From contig OY970368.1 in NCBI GenBank assembly GCA_963718615.1, positions 3,347,973 to 3,411,972 on the forward strand: a DNA stretch of 64,000 nt. Direction: 5' to 3'. The stretch's first letter is position 1. The number at the start of each line of letters is the position of its first letter. The notes below the pieces were generated by a model. The model did not search any database. It worked only from the letters and a program-made list of their open reading frames with translations, and had not been told where the DNA came from. The position numbers and the translations under genes were made by a program. The stretch comes from an uncultured cyanobacterium. Its GTDB lineage: Bacteria; Cyanobacteriota; Cyanobacteriia; PCC-9006; JAAUQQ01. This document shows positions 42,175-51,713 of the stretch, piece by piece.

Positions 42175-43227
42175 CTATTGGTTAGACGCTAGTGCTTCAA
42201 TAAGATGATTGTCAATCAATTCTTCTAGTGGATAAATCTTTTGAAGATGGTGACTTTGTGCCAATTCTTCTTGAAGCTTATGTACACATTTTTCTAACCA
42301 TGATTCTTTGAGAGAGAGCATCCTTGCATTTTCCTCTAAAGTATATTCATGAATTCCTTGCATTGCTTTGAAAAGTTCTTTACTCATTAGCTTATTGCGA
42401 GCAAAAATTATTTTAGCCGCATCTTGAGGCTTGTTTCTGTAGTATTCTTGTGCTTTAAACCAACCGTTTATGAGCTCTTGAAGAGCTAATTTATAGCTTT
42501 CTATTGAATCATCTCGAACCAACAAAACATCAACGATCTCGTTCAGCATTTGATGACTACTAAAGACTTCTTGAGCTCCTTCTGCTATTAGCTGAGAAAG
42601 AATTGGTTCATAGGTGATAATCGTAGAAACTGATGACTGACGGAATGAATTAATTTGATCATTCAGATCAAGGGGAACAACCTGAATATCCTCTATCGTC
42701 AGTCCTGCCAGATCGAGTAGACGTGTGAGCATTAAGGTTCCCCGGCTCGAAGCTTCTATAGCAACAGTTTGTTTTTTTAATTCATAGAGAGATTTTATAG
42801 GATTTCGAGTAATAACAGCATCTGCCCCACAGGAACTACTCAAGATCAAGACAATTTTGAGATGCGGATCTGTATCTGAAAGAAGCAAAGCATCTCCCAA
42901 TGAAAGCAGTAATCCGTCAAGTTGCTGATTGCGAAAGGCACGATTTTTATCTTCAACGGTAGGATAATTAATCAGCCTAATATCTTGTTGATCGTAATAG
43001 CCTAAACGTTGAGCAAGATAAACGTTGTTATAAGAAAGGCCAGTAGTTGTTCCAATTCTGAGAGGAGCTGCATTCGAGGTGCAACTCACAAAGGCTAGAC
43101 TAATAGCGCTAATGAGTCCAACCAAAAGCGTCTTGAAGCGATGTTTTTTGGGAACCGGCGATCGCCAAGCGGAATATATTCTATTGATCAATCTAATTGA
43201 TCTAAGTGGTAGAGAACGGCGCATCAC
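42175..43227 (-). CDS. Periplasmic substrate-binding protein, paralogue of 41093..42121
   Basis: Same layout, with 'LLEGWFKAQEYLEANPQ' in one and 'LINGWFKAQEYYRNKPQ' in the other; first gene of the operon. Confidence 0.65.
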   Translation of the reverse strand: MMRRSLPLRSIRLINRIYSAWRSPVPKKHRFKTLLVGLISAISLAFVSCTSNAAPLRIGTTTGLSYNNVYLAQRLGYYDQQDIRLINYPTVEDKNRAFRNQQLDGLLLSLGDALLLSDTDPHLKIVLILSSSCGADAVITRNPIKSLYELKKQTVAIEASSRGTLMLTRLLDLAGLTIEDIQVVPLDLNDQINSFRQSSVSTIITYEPILSQLIAEGAQEVFSSHQMLNEIVDVLLVRDDSIESYKLALQELINGWFKAQEYYRNKPQDAAKIIFARNKLMSKELFKAMQGIHEYTLEENARMLSLKESWLEKCVHKLQEELAQSHHLQKIYPLEELIDNHLIEALASNQ

Positions 43228-43676
43228 CTTTACTTACCCAACAAACTGCTGGAAATTGACTCATTATCCTTTTGACCCATTAATCGCCTTTAACTCCGTC
43301 TCTGTTTTATAGAAAAGCGGTTTATCTACGGCTTTGGATAGGATGTCCTTCAGTATGCCCAGCGAGATTTTAAAACCGACAAAATTTGATTAGTCCGTAA
43401 AACCTAGGAAGCACTTGAGTCATGATTCTCTAGGAAACCGTGTTTTTACTCAATTCTCCTTAGTCAGGGTTATCTATGCTAGATATGTAGATCTTGTCTA
43501 TGGGCTTCATCTCTATTACTTAGAAGCTGTCTGCTTAAATGTTATCCGTCTTGTCGTTTTCCATCTTGATTGCTATCTAGCGTTGATCACTCAGTTGATT
43601 CATCAAGTTGGTACACTCAATTAGTACGTCGCCATTCTCATCCATCATTCTTGTACGTTGTAGAGTTTTGAACACA

Positions 43677-44900
43677 ATGAAATCCTCTGTGCATAGGCTG
43701 AATGACATTACCCAGCATGAAATTGAGGCACTCAAACATGAATATAATATGTCTGATGCTCATACACATCAATCTCAGTCTCCAAGCCAGAGGAAAATTG
43801 TAGAGCGTCTACCACAGCTTTGGTTTGACGCAGAGAATAAGCGACAACATGAGTTAGAGCAATGCTTCTTAGAAAATTTCTTTCGGGTACAGGGACGACC
43901 TTGGGCGCTTAAAAATAAGCTTCCTATGCTGGTCTATTCAGCTTCAATTGCAATGGCAATTACTGCAAACTACCTGCTTAAGAAAAAGCTGACTGTAAGT
44001 TTAATTCATCCATGTTTTGACAACTTGGTCGATCTGATGAAAAACATGCAGGTTCCACTTCAAGCACTTGAAGAGGAATGGCTGTATGATCCCGAAATGA
44101 TCTATGAGAATCTCGAAAAGAATGTCAAGAGTGACGCTATCTTCTTGGTTGATCCTAACAATCCATCTGGATTTACGCTATATCAGCAAGGAATAGTCGG
44201 TTGGCAAGAGCTAATCCGGTTTGCGAAAGAAAACAAAAAGTTGCTGATTTTTGACTTTTGCTTTGCAGCTTTCATGCTGAATAACAAAAATCTACAGCTC
44301 TTCGACATTTATGAAATGTTGGAGACTTCTGGTGTAAGCTATATTGCGATGGAGGATACGGGTAAGACTTGGCCGCTACAAGATGCTAAGGTTGCTATGC
44401 TTAAAAGCAGTGCTGATCTTTACGCGGATATCTACAATCTTTATACTGCTTATCTTCTGAACGTATCACCTTTTATACTGAATATCGTAACTCAGTATAT
44501 TCTTGATTCTGAAAAAGATAAATTTGCATCAGTGCACGGTTTGCTGAGCCGCAATCGTGCGATCGCTGAAGGAATTCTCAAAGATTCTATTTTAGAACCA
44601 ATGACTCCTTTGGTGAATGTTAGTGTGATGTGGTGTCGAATCAACAGTGAACAGATTCAATCTAGTCAGCTCAAGACTTACTTGACAGAATTTGACATTC
44701 ACATTTTACCTGGAACTTTCTTTTTCTGGAATTCACCCCAGCGCGGCGAACGCTTTATTCGCTTGGCTTTAGCGCGTAATACTGAAACTTTCGAACCTGC
44801 CGTACGAGCCCTTCGAGATGCTGTTGACCAATACGAAGTTTTCCTCTCCGCTCAGAAAACTCAGCGGGATTTATGCTCCCCTAGTAACGCCCTTTTATAA
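43677..44900 (+). CDS. PLP-dependent aminotransferase-fold protein
   Basis: 'LVDPNNPSGF' and a candidate PLP-lysine in 'MEDTGKTW'. Start placed at the ATG giving 'MKSSVHRL'; ORF track begins at TTG 43608. Confidence 0.6.
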   Translation: MKSSVHRLNDITQHEIEALKHEYNMSDAHTHQSQSPSQRKIVERLPQLWFDAENKRQHELEQCFLENFFRVQGRPWALKNKLPMLVYSASIAMAITANYLLKKKLTVSLIHPCFDNLVDLMKNMQVPLQALEEEWLYDPEMIYENLEKNVKSDAIFLVDPNNPSGFTLYQQGIVGWQELIRFAKENKKLLIFDFCFAAFMLNNKNLQLFDIYEMLETSGVSYIAMEDTGKTWPLQDAKVAMLKSSADLYADIYNLYTAYLLNVSPFILNIVTQYILDSEKDKFASVHGLLSRNRAIAEGILKDSILEPMTPLVNVSVMWCRINSEQIQSSQLKTYLTEFDIHILPGTFFFWNSPQRGERFIRLALARNTETFEPAVRALRDAVDQYEVFLSAQKTQRDLCSPSNALL

Positions 44901-45672
44901 GGGACAGTTTGATCAAGACTCACTCTATCGCCTGATGGATACGATTGAGCCCTTTGCAGAGGGATTTGTACCCTGTTTGAGTTCTGGCGAAGGTCAGTTT
45001 CTTTCCCTCTCAACTTGGCAGAATGTTATCCAGGCAACGCGTCAATATACTCAGAAGGTAGTTATTGCGGGGATCAAACGTGAAACTCTACAAGAGACAA
45101 TAGCGTTAGGTAAACTGGCACAACAGTTGGGTTGTGATGCCATTATTGTGCCGGTACCTGTCTCAGATGATAGGGTTACCGTTGGTTACTTCAATCAAAT
45201 TACCGCTGCGATCGCCCTACCCATTGTTATCTATAATACGGAAAGCCATTCTATTCAATCACTAGATGGTTTAAGGCAACTGGAGAGCTTACCTCAAATC
45301 ATTGCTATTAAGGATTCTTCCATGAATGAAGAATTTTTTAAGCTCCTTTGTAATTTGAGAACTCAAGCGCAGCTCCGTCTTTCGGTTCTACAGGGATTTG
45401 AACATCTTTTGCAAGTCCCCCCTGGTTGTGATGGCTATCTCATTGCCTTGGCAAATCTTGAACCAGAGCTTTGCCATCGAATGTTGCTTGAAAATTCTGA
45501 TGTGATCAATAGTGAAATTCTAGATTGCTTTTGGCGTTATAACCTGGGTGCTGATTGGTTTGTGAGTATGAAGGCAATTTTGATGGCTCGCCAAGTCATT
45601 CGCTCTGCGGAACAAGTTAATCTAATGGTTCAACCCGATCTTAAATCGGTTCCTAATTTGGCGATCGCATAG
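44818..45672 (+). CDS. DapA/NAL-family (class I aldolase, dihydrodipicolinate-synthase-like) protein
   Basis: 'GIYAPLVTPF' N-terminal motif and 'IIAIKDSS' candidate Schiff-base lysine. Overlaps the preceding gene by 83 bp; true start may be a non-ATG codon further in. Confidence 0.65.
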   Translation: MLLTNTKFSSPLRKLSGIYAPLVTPFYKGQFDQDSLYRLMDTIEPFAEGFVPCLSSGEGQFLSLSTWQNVIQATRQYTQKVVIAGIKRETLQETIALGKLAQQLGCDAIIVPVPVSDDRVTVGYFNQITAAIALPIVIYNTESHSIQSLDGLRQLESLPQIIAIKDSSMNEEFFKLLCNLRTQAQLRLSVLQGFEHLLQVPPGCDGYLIALANLEPELCHRMLLENSDVINSEILDCFWRYNLGADWFVSMKAILMARQVIRSAEQVNLMVQPDLKSVPNLAIA

Positions 45673-45984
45673 CCATCATCAAGCTTAACTAAGCATGCTT
45701 CCATCATTCCAATGATCGAGTGGATAAAAACAAGTTAACTGATTGCCTGCGATTTTTTTTATGAGTTGCAGGCTTTTTCGATATTTAATTTGATCAATAA
45801 CCCAATGCTGTGTAATTTACTTAAGCTTGAATGTTTTCAAATAAATTTGAAATTTTAGGCTACTTAGTCTGATATTGCTTTTGTTTTATTCATAAAAAGT
45901 TCGGATTGTATCTATGAACTAGGAAGATGGAAATAGAGATGGCTATCACGGTTATTTCTTGCTTATCTTCATTGCTTTATTTCT

Positions 45985-46485
45985 ATGTTGGGCTGGATCT
46001 TCTTGGCTTTTGCAGTTTGTTTGGATGTTCTGGGCACATTTGCTGCAAAATATGCGAATGGGTTTACAACACTGATTCCATCACTCATTACTATTGGGGC
46101 CTATTGTTTATCATTTACAGCGTTGACCTTTTCGATCAAAACACTCGATGTCAGCGTGGCTTATCCGGTTTGGACTGGCTCTGCAATCTTTTTAGTGGCT
46201 GTTTTAGGGGCTGTATTCTTCCACGAAACGGTCAATTTCTTTAAAGTCTTTTCAACACTTTTGGTCGTCTTTGGCATCGTTGGCTTAGTGGTTAGTAGCC
46301 AGCCCGATGCAGCGGCTTGTCCGCCGGAGGTAGAACAAACTCAGCACCTACTCCAGAGCAGTAATCGCCCAAGGCTGTCCATGTCTCCTGTCTTTCATCG
46401 ATTAGGCACACCTGTACTCTATGCAACTGTTAAGGGATACTCTGCCAACGTCATTCGTTTAAAGCCAGAGTTTTCTGAAAACTAA
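45985..46485 (+). CDS. SMR/DMT-like small membrane transporter with about 60-aa C-terminal extension
   Basis: Four TM helices in the first ~105 aa; hydrophilic tail follows. ATG start. Confidence 0.45.
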   Translation: MLGWIFLAFAVCLDVLGTFAAKYANGFTTLIPSLITIGAYCLSFTALTFSIKTLDVSVAYPVWTGSAIFLVAVLGAVFFHETVNFFKVFSTLLVVFGIVGLVVSSQPDAAACPPEVEQTQHLLQSSNRPRLSMSPVFHRLGTPVLYATVKGYSANVIRLKPEFSEN

Positions 46486-46523
46486 GGATGGCAACGCAAT
46501 CTCGTGCTTAGGTTGCCATCCTT
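46484..46523. terminator. Hairpin with perfect 12-bp stem (aaggatggcaac / gttgccatcctt) and 16-nt loop, between convergent genes
   Basis: Starts at the stop codon of the 45985..46485 ORF. Confidence 0.5.
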
Positions 46524-46543
46524 GAGAGACTCAACAGGAAATT

Positions 46544-46580
46544 TTAAGACAAGAATTCTAAGACAAGAATTCTAAGACAG
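46544..46580. repeat. Intergenic tandem repeat, about 2.5 copies of a 14-bp unit (taagacaagaattc)
   Basis: Read directly in the sequence. Confidence 0.8.
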
Positions 46581-46586
46581 AAACTC

Positions 46587-48077
46587 CTAGGACAATACCC
46601 AGTTGACTAGCGTCCGAACCCCATAACCAGTTGCTCCAGCCGGACTGTAACCATGCTCTTTGTCAGCCCAGACGGGTCCTGCAACGTCGAGATGTGCCCA
46701 AGCGGAGGTTTCTTTGACAAATTCCCGTAGGAATAAAGCCGCAGTGATCGACCCCCCTGCCCGTGGACCTGTGTTTTTCATGTCAGCGATCGGGGATTTG
46801 ATGCCTTCAAAATACCGATCTTCTAGGGGCATTTGCCAAAGTTTTTCACCCGCCAAATCCGCTGCTGCCTTGAGGGAAGTTGCAAGATCATCATCAATGC
46901 TCCAGAGCCCCGCAATGTCATTGCCCAAGGCCACGACACAGGCTCCTGTCAAGGTTGCTAGGTCAACGATCGCATCCACTCCCAGCTGATCAGCATAGAC
47001 CAAAGCATCTGCTAGCGTGAGCCGTCCTTCTGCGTCGGTGTTGTTCACTTCAATGGTTTTGCCGTTGGACGCGGTCAGAATGTCGCCGGGGCGCATGGCA
47101 TGACCACTAATCATATTCTCCGTCACAGCGCTGATAAAATGAACCTCCACATCGGGTTTAAGTTGGGCGATCGCCTTAGCCGCACCCAGCGTCGCAGCCG
47201 CTCCCCCCATATCCATTTTCATCGTCTCAATACCACTCCCCGGCCCCTTGAGATTGAGTCCTCCGGAATCAAAAGTTAATCCTTTGCCGACGATCGCCAG
47301 CTTTTTGCGCGGGGACCCCTCGGGACGATAGATCAAATGAATAAACTTAGGGGGTAAATCAGACGCCTGGGCAACGCCCAGGAATGCGCCCATACCTCGG
47401 GCCTCACAAGCCTCTTTTTCTAATATTTCCAAGCTTAAGCCATAATCATTGGCCAGTTGCTGAGCAATGTCTGCCATGGCCGGGGGATCAATCCGGTTCG
47501 GTGGTGCCGCGACCAACTGCCTTGCTAAAACTACACCGGAAACAATTTTTTCGGCTTGGGCGATCGCCGCCTCTTGCTGGTCCAGATCGAGTAAGCTTAC
47601 TCTCTGAATTTCCGAAGGATTCTCATCGTCTGGTTTCGACTTAAAGCGATGATCTTCGTACAGTGCTAACAAGACCCCTTCCACCAAAGCTTGCGTGGTG
47701 GCTGCCGGATCGCCGCTCCAGCAAGGCAAACTCAATGCCAACGTCTGGCACCGCTGTTTTTGAGCCGCCTTGGCGGCGGTGGCCGCTGCGCGTCGCAGAC
47801 CCTCCAGCGTCAACGTTTCTGAGGCCCCTAAGCCCACCAGGATGAGCTTTTTAACGGGACTGTCCCGCCCGACCCGTAGAACCGTACTGCTATTGCTTTT
47901 GCCTGTGAACTTGGCATCAGCGATCGCATCCGAAAGAGCGCCCTCCAAGCGCTCATCCAACGCGCTCCAATTGCTTGAAACCGTCCCATCCTCTTGAATA
48001 TCCGTCTCGCAGAGCCCCAACGCTAGGGCATCACCGGTCCAACTCAACGCGGAAGTAGAAGTTGCTTGAAAATCCAT
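46587..48077 (-). CDS. pepA: Leucyl aminopeptidase (M17 family)
   Basis: M17 signature '[14 protein letters not shown]'. Confidence 0.9.
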   Translation of the reverse strand: MDFQATSTSALSWTGDALALGLCETDIQEDGTVSSNWSALDERLEGALSDAIADAKFTGKSNSSTVLRVGRDSPVKKLILVGLGASETLTLEGLRRAAATAAKAAQKQRCQTLALSLPCWSGDPAATTQALVEGVLLALYEDHRFKSKPDDENPSEIQRVSLLDLDQQEAAIAQAEKIVSGVVLARQLVAAPPNRIDPPAMADIAQQLANDYGLSLEILEKEACEARGMGAFLGVAQASDLPPKFIHLIYRPEGSPRKKLAIVGKGLTFDSGGLNLKGPGSGIETMKMDMGGAAATLGAAKAIAQLKPDVEVHFISAVTENMISGHAMRPGDILTASNGKTIEVNNTDAEGRLTLADALVYADQLGVDAIVDLATLTGACVVALGNDIAGLWSIDDDLATSLKAAADLAGEKLWQMPLEDRYFEGIKSPIADMKNTGPRAGGSITAALFLREFVKETSAWAHLDVAGPVWADKEHGYSPAGATGYGVRTLVNWVLS

Positions 48078-48259
48078 GCTTGCTATTATCTTCGAAATCC
48101 TACTGATCTTGCTATCCTTCAGTCTGCCGTGATACCCGCATTCCCGGCAATCCTCTTCTCCAGATTCTCCCAGGGATTTGTGAAATAAGGCCCTGTCAAG
48201 GGCACGTTTGCCTCCGTGGGTGAGCGCTTAAAAATCGGCTAGCATCAGCCATATCATGC

Positions 48260-49804
48260 ATGGCTGGGAAATGGAGCCTCATATCAATGGAGATTGTTGC
48301 TGGGTTCGGGTTGCGCTCAGAGACTGCGTTAGGTGTTTTCTCAGACCCCCAGGGGATTGAATCCTGGGAGGGGATTGGGGTCGGGCTCGGAATGCTGGCT
48401 GGGACTGGGGCTGGGATTGGAATTGGAATTGGAATTGGAGCAGAGACGCCACGAGAGGAGTTGGAGCGGTTGAGCGGGGCGATCGCCCAAGACTCGATCA
48501 CCCTGGATCCCACCCAGGAATCGCTCACGTTTTGGCCTAGTCACGACACCAATAATACGCTCACCACAGCCCAATCCTTAGGAATCTTAGAAGACTCGAT
48601 TGTTCTCCAAGGCAGCCTGGGAGAAGCCGAATTTTTAGGACTGGATACCCAGGATTATTTCCAATTTCAAATTGAAGAGCCATCGCGCATTAACTTGACC
48701 TTGGACTATCTGAGTGCCGATGCCGATTTAGAGATTTTGGATGCTCAAGGCAATGTATTGCTTCAATCTAACCGTTGGGGAACCGCGACAGAGGCCATTA
48801 CCTATCGGGTTGAGCAGACTGGGTTCTACTATGCGCGAGTGATTTGGGAAGCACCTCAAACCTTTCCACTGACGTTGCCCGCAACGGATTACGAATTGCG
48901 TTTGGTGTCGCTGGAGAGCGATTTGCAGGTGGGCGATCGCACCTATCCCGATGGCGTTAGTTTCTGGCGTTACGATGCCCAAGGCCAAATTGAACAGGGG
49001 GTGGGTAATGAGGCGATCGCTACCAACCAAAATACAATCCTGGTTATCCATGGCAATAATCCCGATGGCCGGAGCCTCCGCGAAGACACCCAAATTGAGT
49101 CCCTCGCCAAGCAGGCAGCGACGGCCTATCCTGCCTATCAAGTGCTAGCGCTAGACTGGAAAAAACCTGCGGCCAACGGCAAGGACTTGGTCCCGCTGGA
49201 ATCGGCTCAGGCCATTCAGCCTGTGGCACTGTGGGCCAAGGCTACGTTAGAATCTTTAGGATTAAGTGCCGATCAAATCAGTATATTTGGCCATAGTTTA
49301 GGCTCCTATGTGGGGGCCGAAATTGGCCGCTTGTTGAACCAAGTAAATGCATTAGTGGCCTTGGATCCAGCCTTTCCCGCCCAAAACTATGACATCAATG
49401 GCAATGAGCCAGGACAGCAAAAGATTACGAATTTCAACTTGGCAGCTACGCGATCGATCGCCTTTGTGGCCTCCGATGAACGGGGTGGAATTGCTGGGGA
49501 CAATAACCAAGCGGCAACGGCCCAGGCTTCGTTTATTGTGCAGTTTGAAGATCCCCGCTGGTTTGCCTTTACGGCTTTGGAGTATCACGGGGGCGTAGTT
49601 GAAGTATTTTCCAGCTTGCTACAACAGGATCAGTTGATGTTTTCTGGCTATAGCAACAATTGGTTTGGTAATCGGGGCGGGCGCTATCGCAATCCCCGTG
49701 CAACGGCCCATGAAGGGGTTATTGTGGCCCATGAAGTCGATGGTGTTTGGCAGGCGGATCAATGGGGATTTGTGCCGGGGGATGGGGCGATCGCCTGGGT
49801 CTAG
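48260..49804 (+). CDS. PPC (pre-peptidase C-terminal-like) domain fused to alpha/beta-hydrolase (lipase/esterase-like) domain
   Basis: 'DYFQFQIEEPSRINLTLDYLSADADLEILDAQGNVLL...GFYYARV' PPC-like; nucleophile elbow 'GHSLGS'. Start uncertain. Confidence 0.6.
   Translation: MAGKWSLISMEIVAGFGLRSETALGVFSDPQGIESWEGIGVGLGMLAGTGAGIGIGIGIGAETPREELERLSGAIAQDSITLDPTQESLTFWPSHDTNNTLTTAQSLGILEDSIVLQGSLGEAEFLGLDTQDYFQFQIEEPSRINLTLDYLSADADLEILDAQGNVLLQSNRWGTATEAITYRVEQTGFYYARVIWEAPQTFPLTLPATDYELRLVSLESDLQVGDRTYPDGVSFWRYDAQGQIEQGVGNEAIATNQNTILVIHGNNPDGRSLREDTQIESLAKQAATAYPAYQVLALDWKKPAANGKDLVPLESAQAIQPVALWAKATLESLGLSADQISIFGHSLGSYVGAEIGRLLNQVNALVALDPAFPAQNYDINGNEPGQQKITNFNLAATRSIAFVASDERGGIAGDNNQAATAQASFIVQFEDPRWFAFTALEYHGGVVEVFSSLLQQDQLMFSGYSNNWFGNRGGRYRNPRATAHEGVIVAHEVDGVWQADQWGFVPGDGAIAWV
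48413..48439 (+). repeat. Hexanucleotide microsatellite (attgga)x4 encoding GIGIGIGIG
   Basis: Read directly in the sequence, inside the 5' end of ORF 48260..49804. Confidence 0.85.
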
Positions 49805-49938
49805 CCCTCAGGAAAACGATGAAGCGCTTTCCATTGACTCTCTGGCAGTAAATGTCAAAAATCGCTTTGCGATCGACAAATGAGTCCTATTGAATGGCAA
49901 ACCTTTCTTCTTCCTTTCCCGAGTCGCGCGACCTGCTT

Positions 49939-51606
49939 TTAGAACCCCAGATCAGCCTTAGCGGCGGCGGCGGCTTCGAGCAAGTCCGCTGTGGCCATGG
50001 TGTCCCAGTCCATCGCCCCAATATCCCGATAAAATTGCGAATCATAGGCTCGGGTTTGCACGACCACGGGCATGGGCACAGCATGACCCAAAAGCAACGC
50101 CTGTTGTTTAGAATCCAGTTTTGACAGAACCGATCGCAAACTCTGTCCTCCTGAAACCCCGGTAAAAATCGCTTCGATATCCTTATCATCATTGAGCAAC
50201 GCCGTAATTCTGGTGCCTACCTGGGACATCACCTCCGGATCAATCCCCGAAGGGCGTTGGTCTACCACCAGCAGTGTGACAAAATACTTGCGCATTTCGC
50301 GAGCGATCGTCCCGAAAATCGTCTGACGCACCGTGGCTGAATCTAAAAATCGGTGGGCTTCTTCAATGGTAATAACCAGTTGCCGGGGGCGATCGCTCGG
50401 GTTCTTCGACTGCAAAAAACGATCGGCTTTGCGCACATAGGCTTCATGAATCCGGCGAGAAATGAGATTCGTGGCCAGCATATAGGACAACATATTCGAC
50501 TGGGAACCAAACTCGATGACCACATGCTTCCCGGCCTCTAAAGCATCTAAAATTTGGCCAATATAGTTGCGCTTGCAGGAGTTTTGAATATATTTGAGAT
50601 CATCCAATCGGGTGAGCTTGCGCTGCAACGCCATAATCGACGCCTTACTGCCCATTTTGACTTCACAAAATTCCTGAATTTCGCCATTGGTCATCGTCAG
50701 TAACCGCTGAATCCAGGACTTGCCAAACTCATTGCGCAGGATAATCGCATTTTCCAAACTCGCATCGGATAGGTTGAGCTCCTGGCGCACGAGGGCTAAA
50801 TCCTCCACCGAAATCTGGTCATAGCCGATATACAACTCTTGGGCATCGCGGACGCCACGTCGCTGGGTGGATTCCGGATCTAGGGTGTAGATTTGTACCT
50901 GATCTGGAAACAGTTGGCGCAGCCCCTTAACCATGGCAACCCGATGGCGATCGCCCCCTTCACTCGTGGCCTCCCAGCCATACTCCGAGTGCATATCAAA
51001 AATCAAATTCACCGCCGCCTGTTTGCGAATAATTCCTGAAAGCAAGAGTCGGGTTAGAAACGATTTGCCCGTGCCGGATTTACCAAAAATCCCGTTGCTG
51101 CGCTCGACAAAACGGTCAAGATCCAAACAAATCGGCACATCCATATCAATCGGACGACCCACGGCAAAATTGCAGCGATGGGGGTCATCTTCCCAGCCAA
51201 AGACGGCTCGAAAATCGCGTTCGCTCGCCTCATAAACCTGACTAAAATGGCTCGGAATTGTTTTCACCGGCAGCAGTTCTAGCTCCTGATCCCCCAGCGC
51301 CATGCCATCCTTGGGCGTAAACATCAGCATCGGAGCCAGCTCCGCCATCCCGTAGGTTGCAGACCCGGCCAACACCTCCTGCAAAAACAGATTAGCCGGG
51401 TCCGGCGGATCCGCTAAAATTCTCGGACTGCTGGTGCCTAAACTAACATCCGTGAGCATACAAAAAAAACGCGATCGCCGCCCCTGCACCACCAAAAACT
51501 TTCCCACCCGCAACTCTTCCACCGAGATATCCGGGTTGAGGCGAATCTCTAACCCTTTGCTCAGCGAACCTTGTACGACAACGCCAAGGGGGTAATCCAA
51601 ATACAT
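49939..51606 (-). CDS. HerA-like (DUF87) P-loop ATPase
   Basis: Walker A 'GIFGKSGTGKS', Walker B-like 'LLVVDQ'. Start placed at the ATG giving 'MYLDYPLG'; ORF track extends to TTG 51645. Confidence 0.7.
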   Translation of the reverse strand: MYLDYPLGVVVQGSLSKGLEIRLNPDISVEELRVGKFLVVQGRRSRFFCMLTDVSLGTSSPRILADPPDPANLFLQEVLAGSATYGMAELAPMLMFTPKDGMALGDQELELLPVKTIPSHFSQVYEASERDFRAVFGWEDDPHRCNFAVGRPIDMDVPICLDLDRFVERSNGIFGKSGTGKSFLTRLLLSGIIRKQAAVNLIFDMHSEYGWEATSEGGDRHRVAMVKGLRQLFPDQVQIYTLDPESTQRRGVRDAQELYIGYDQISVEDLALVRQELNLSDASLENAIILRNEFGKSWIQRLLTMTNGEIQEFCEVKMGSKASIMALQRKLTRLDDLKYIQNSCKRNYIGQILDALEAGKHVVIEFGSQSNMLSYMLATNLISRRIHEAYVRKADRFLQSKNPSDRPRQLVITIEEAHRFLDSATVRQTIFGTIAREMRKYFVTLLVVDQRPSGIDPEVMSQVGTRITALLNDDKDIEAIFTGVSGGQSLRSVLSKLDSKQQALLLGHAVPMPVVVQTRAYDSQFYRDIGAMDWDTMATADLLEAAAAAKADLGF

Positions 51607-51713
51607 GGCGATCGGAGATAAACAGGATAGGGCGCTATTTCTCAAGCGCTGTTTCCGAGTATAGAACAGGAATAGAAAAAATGTTCTATGGGAAATACTT
51701 CAGGGTTCAGGAC

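Noticed and set aside
45927-46244. 105-aa ORF overlapping the start of the SMR-like gene
   Set aside because: Cys/Leu-rich frame shadow; the overlapping frame encodes regular TM helices.
32010-46530. Searched the AT-rich island for an integrase, transposase, tRNA attachment site or flanking direct repeats
   Set aside because: None seen, so the island is reported only as a compositional anomaly, not as a defined mobile element.
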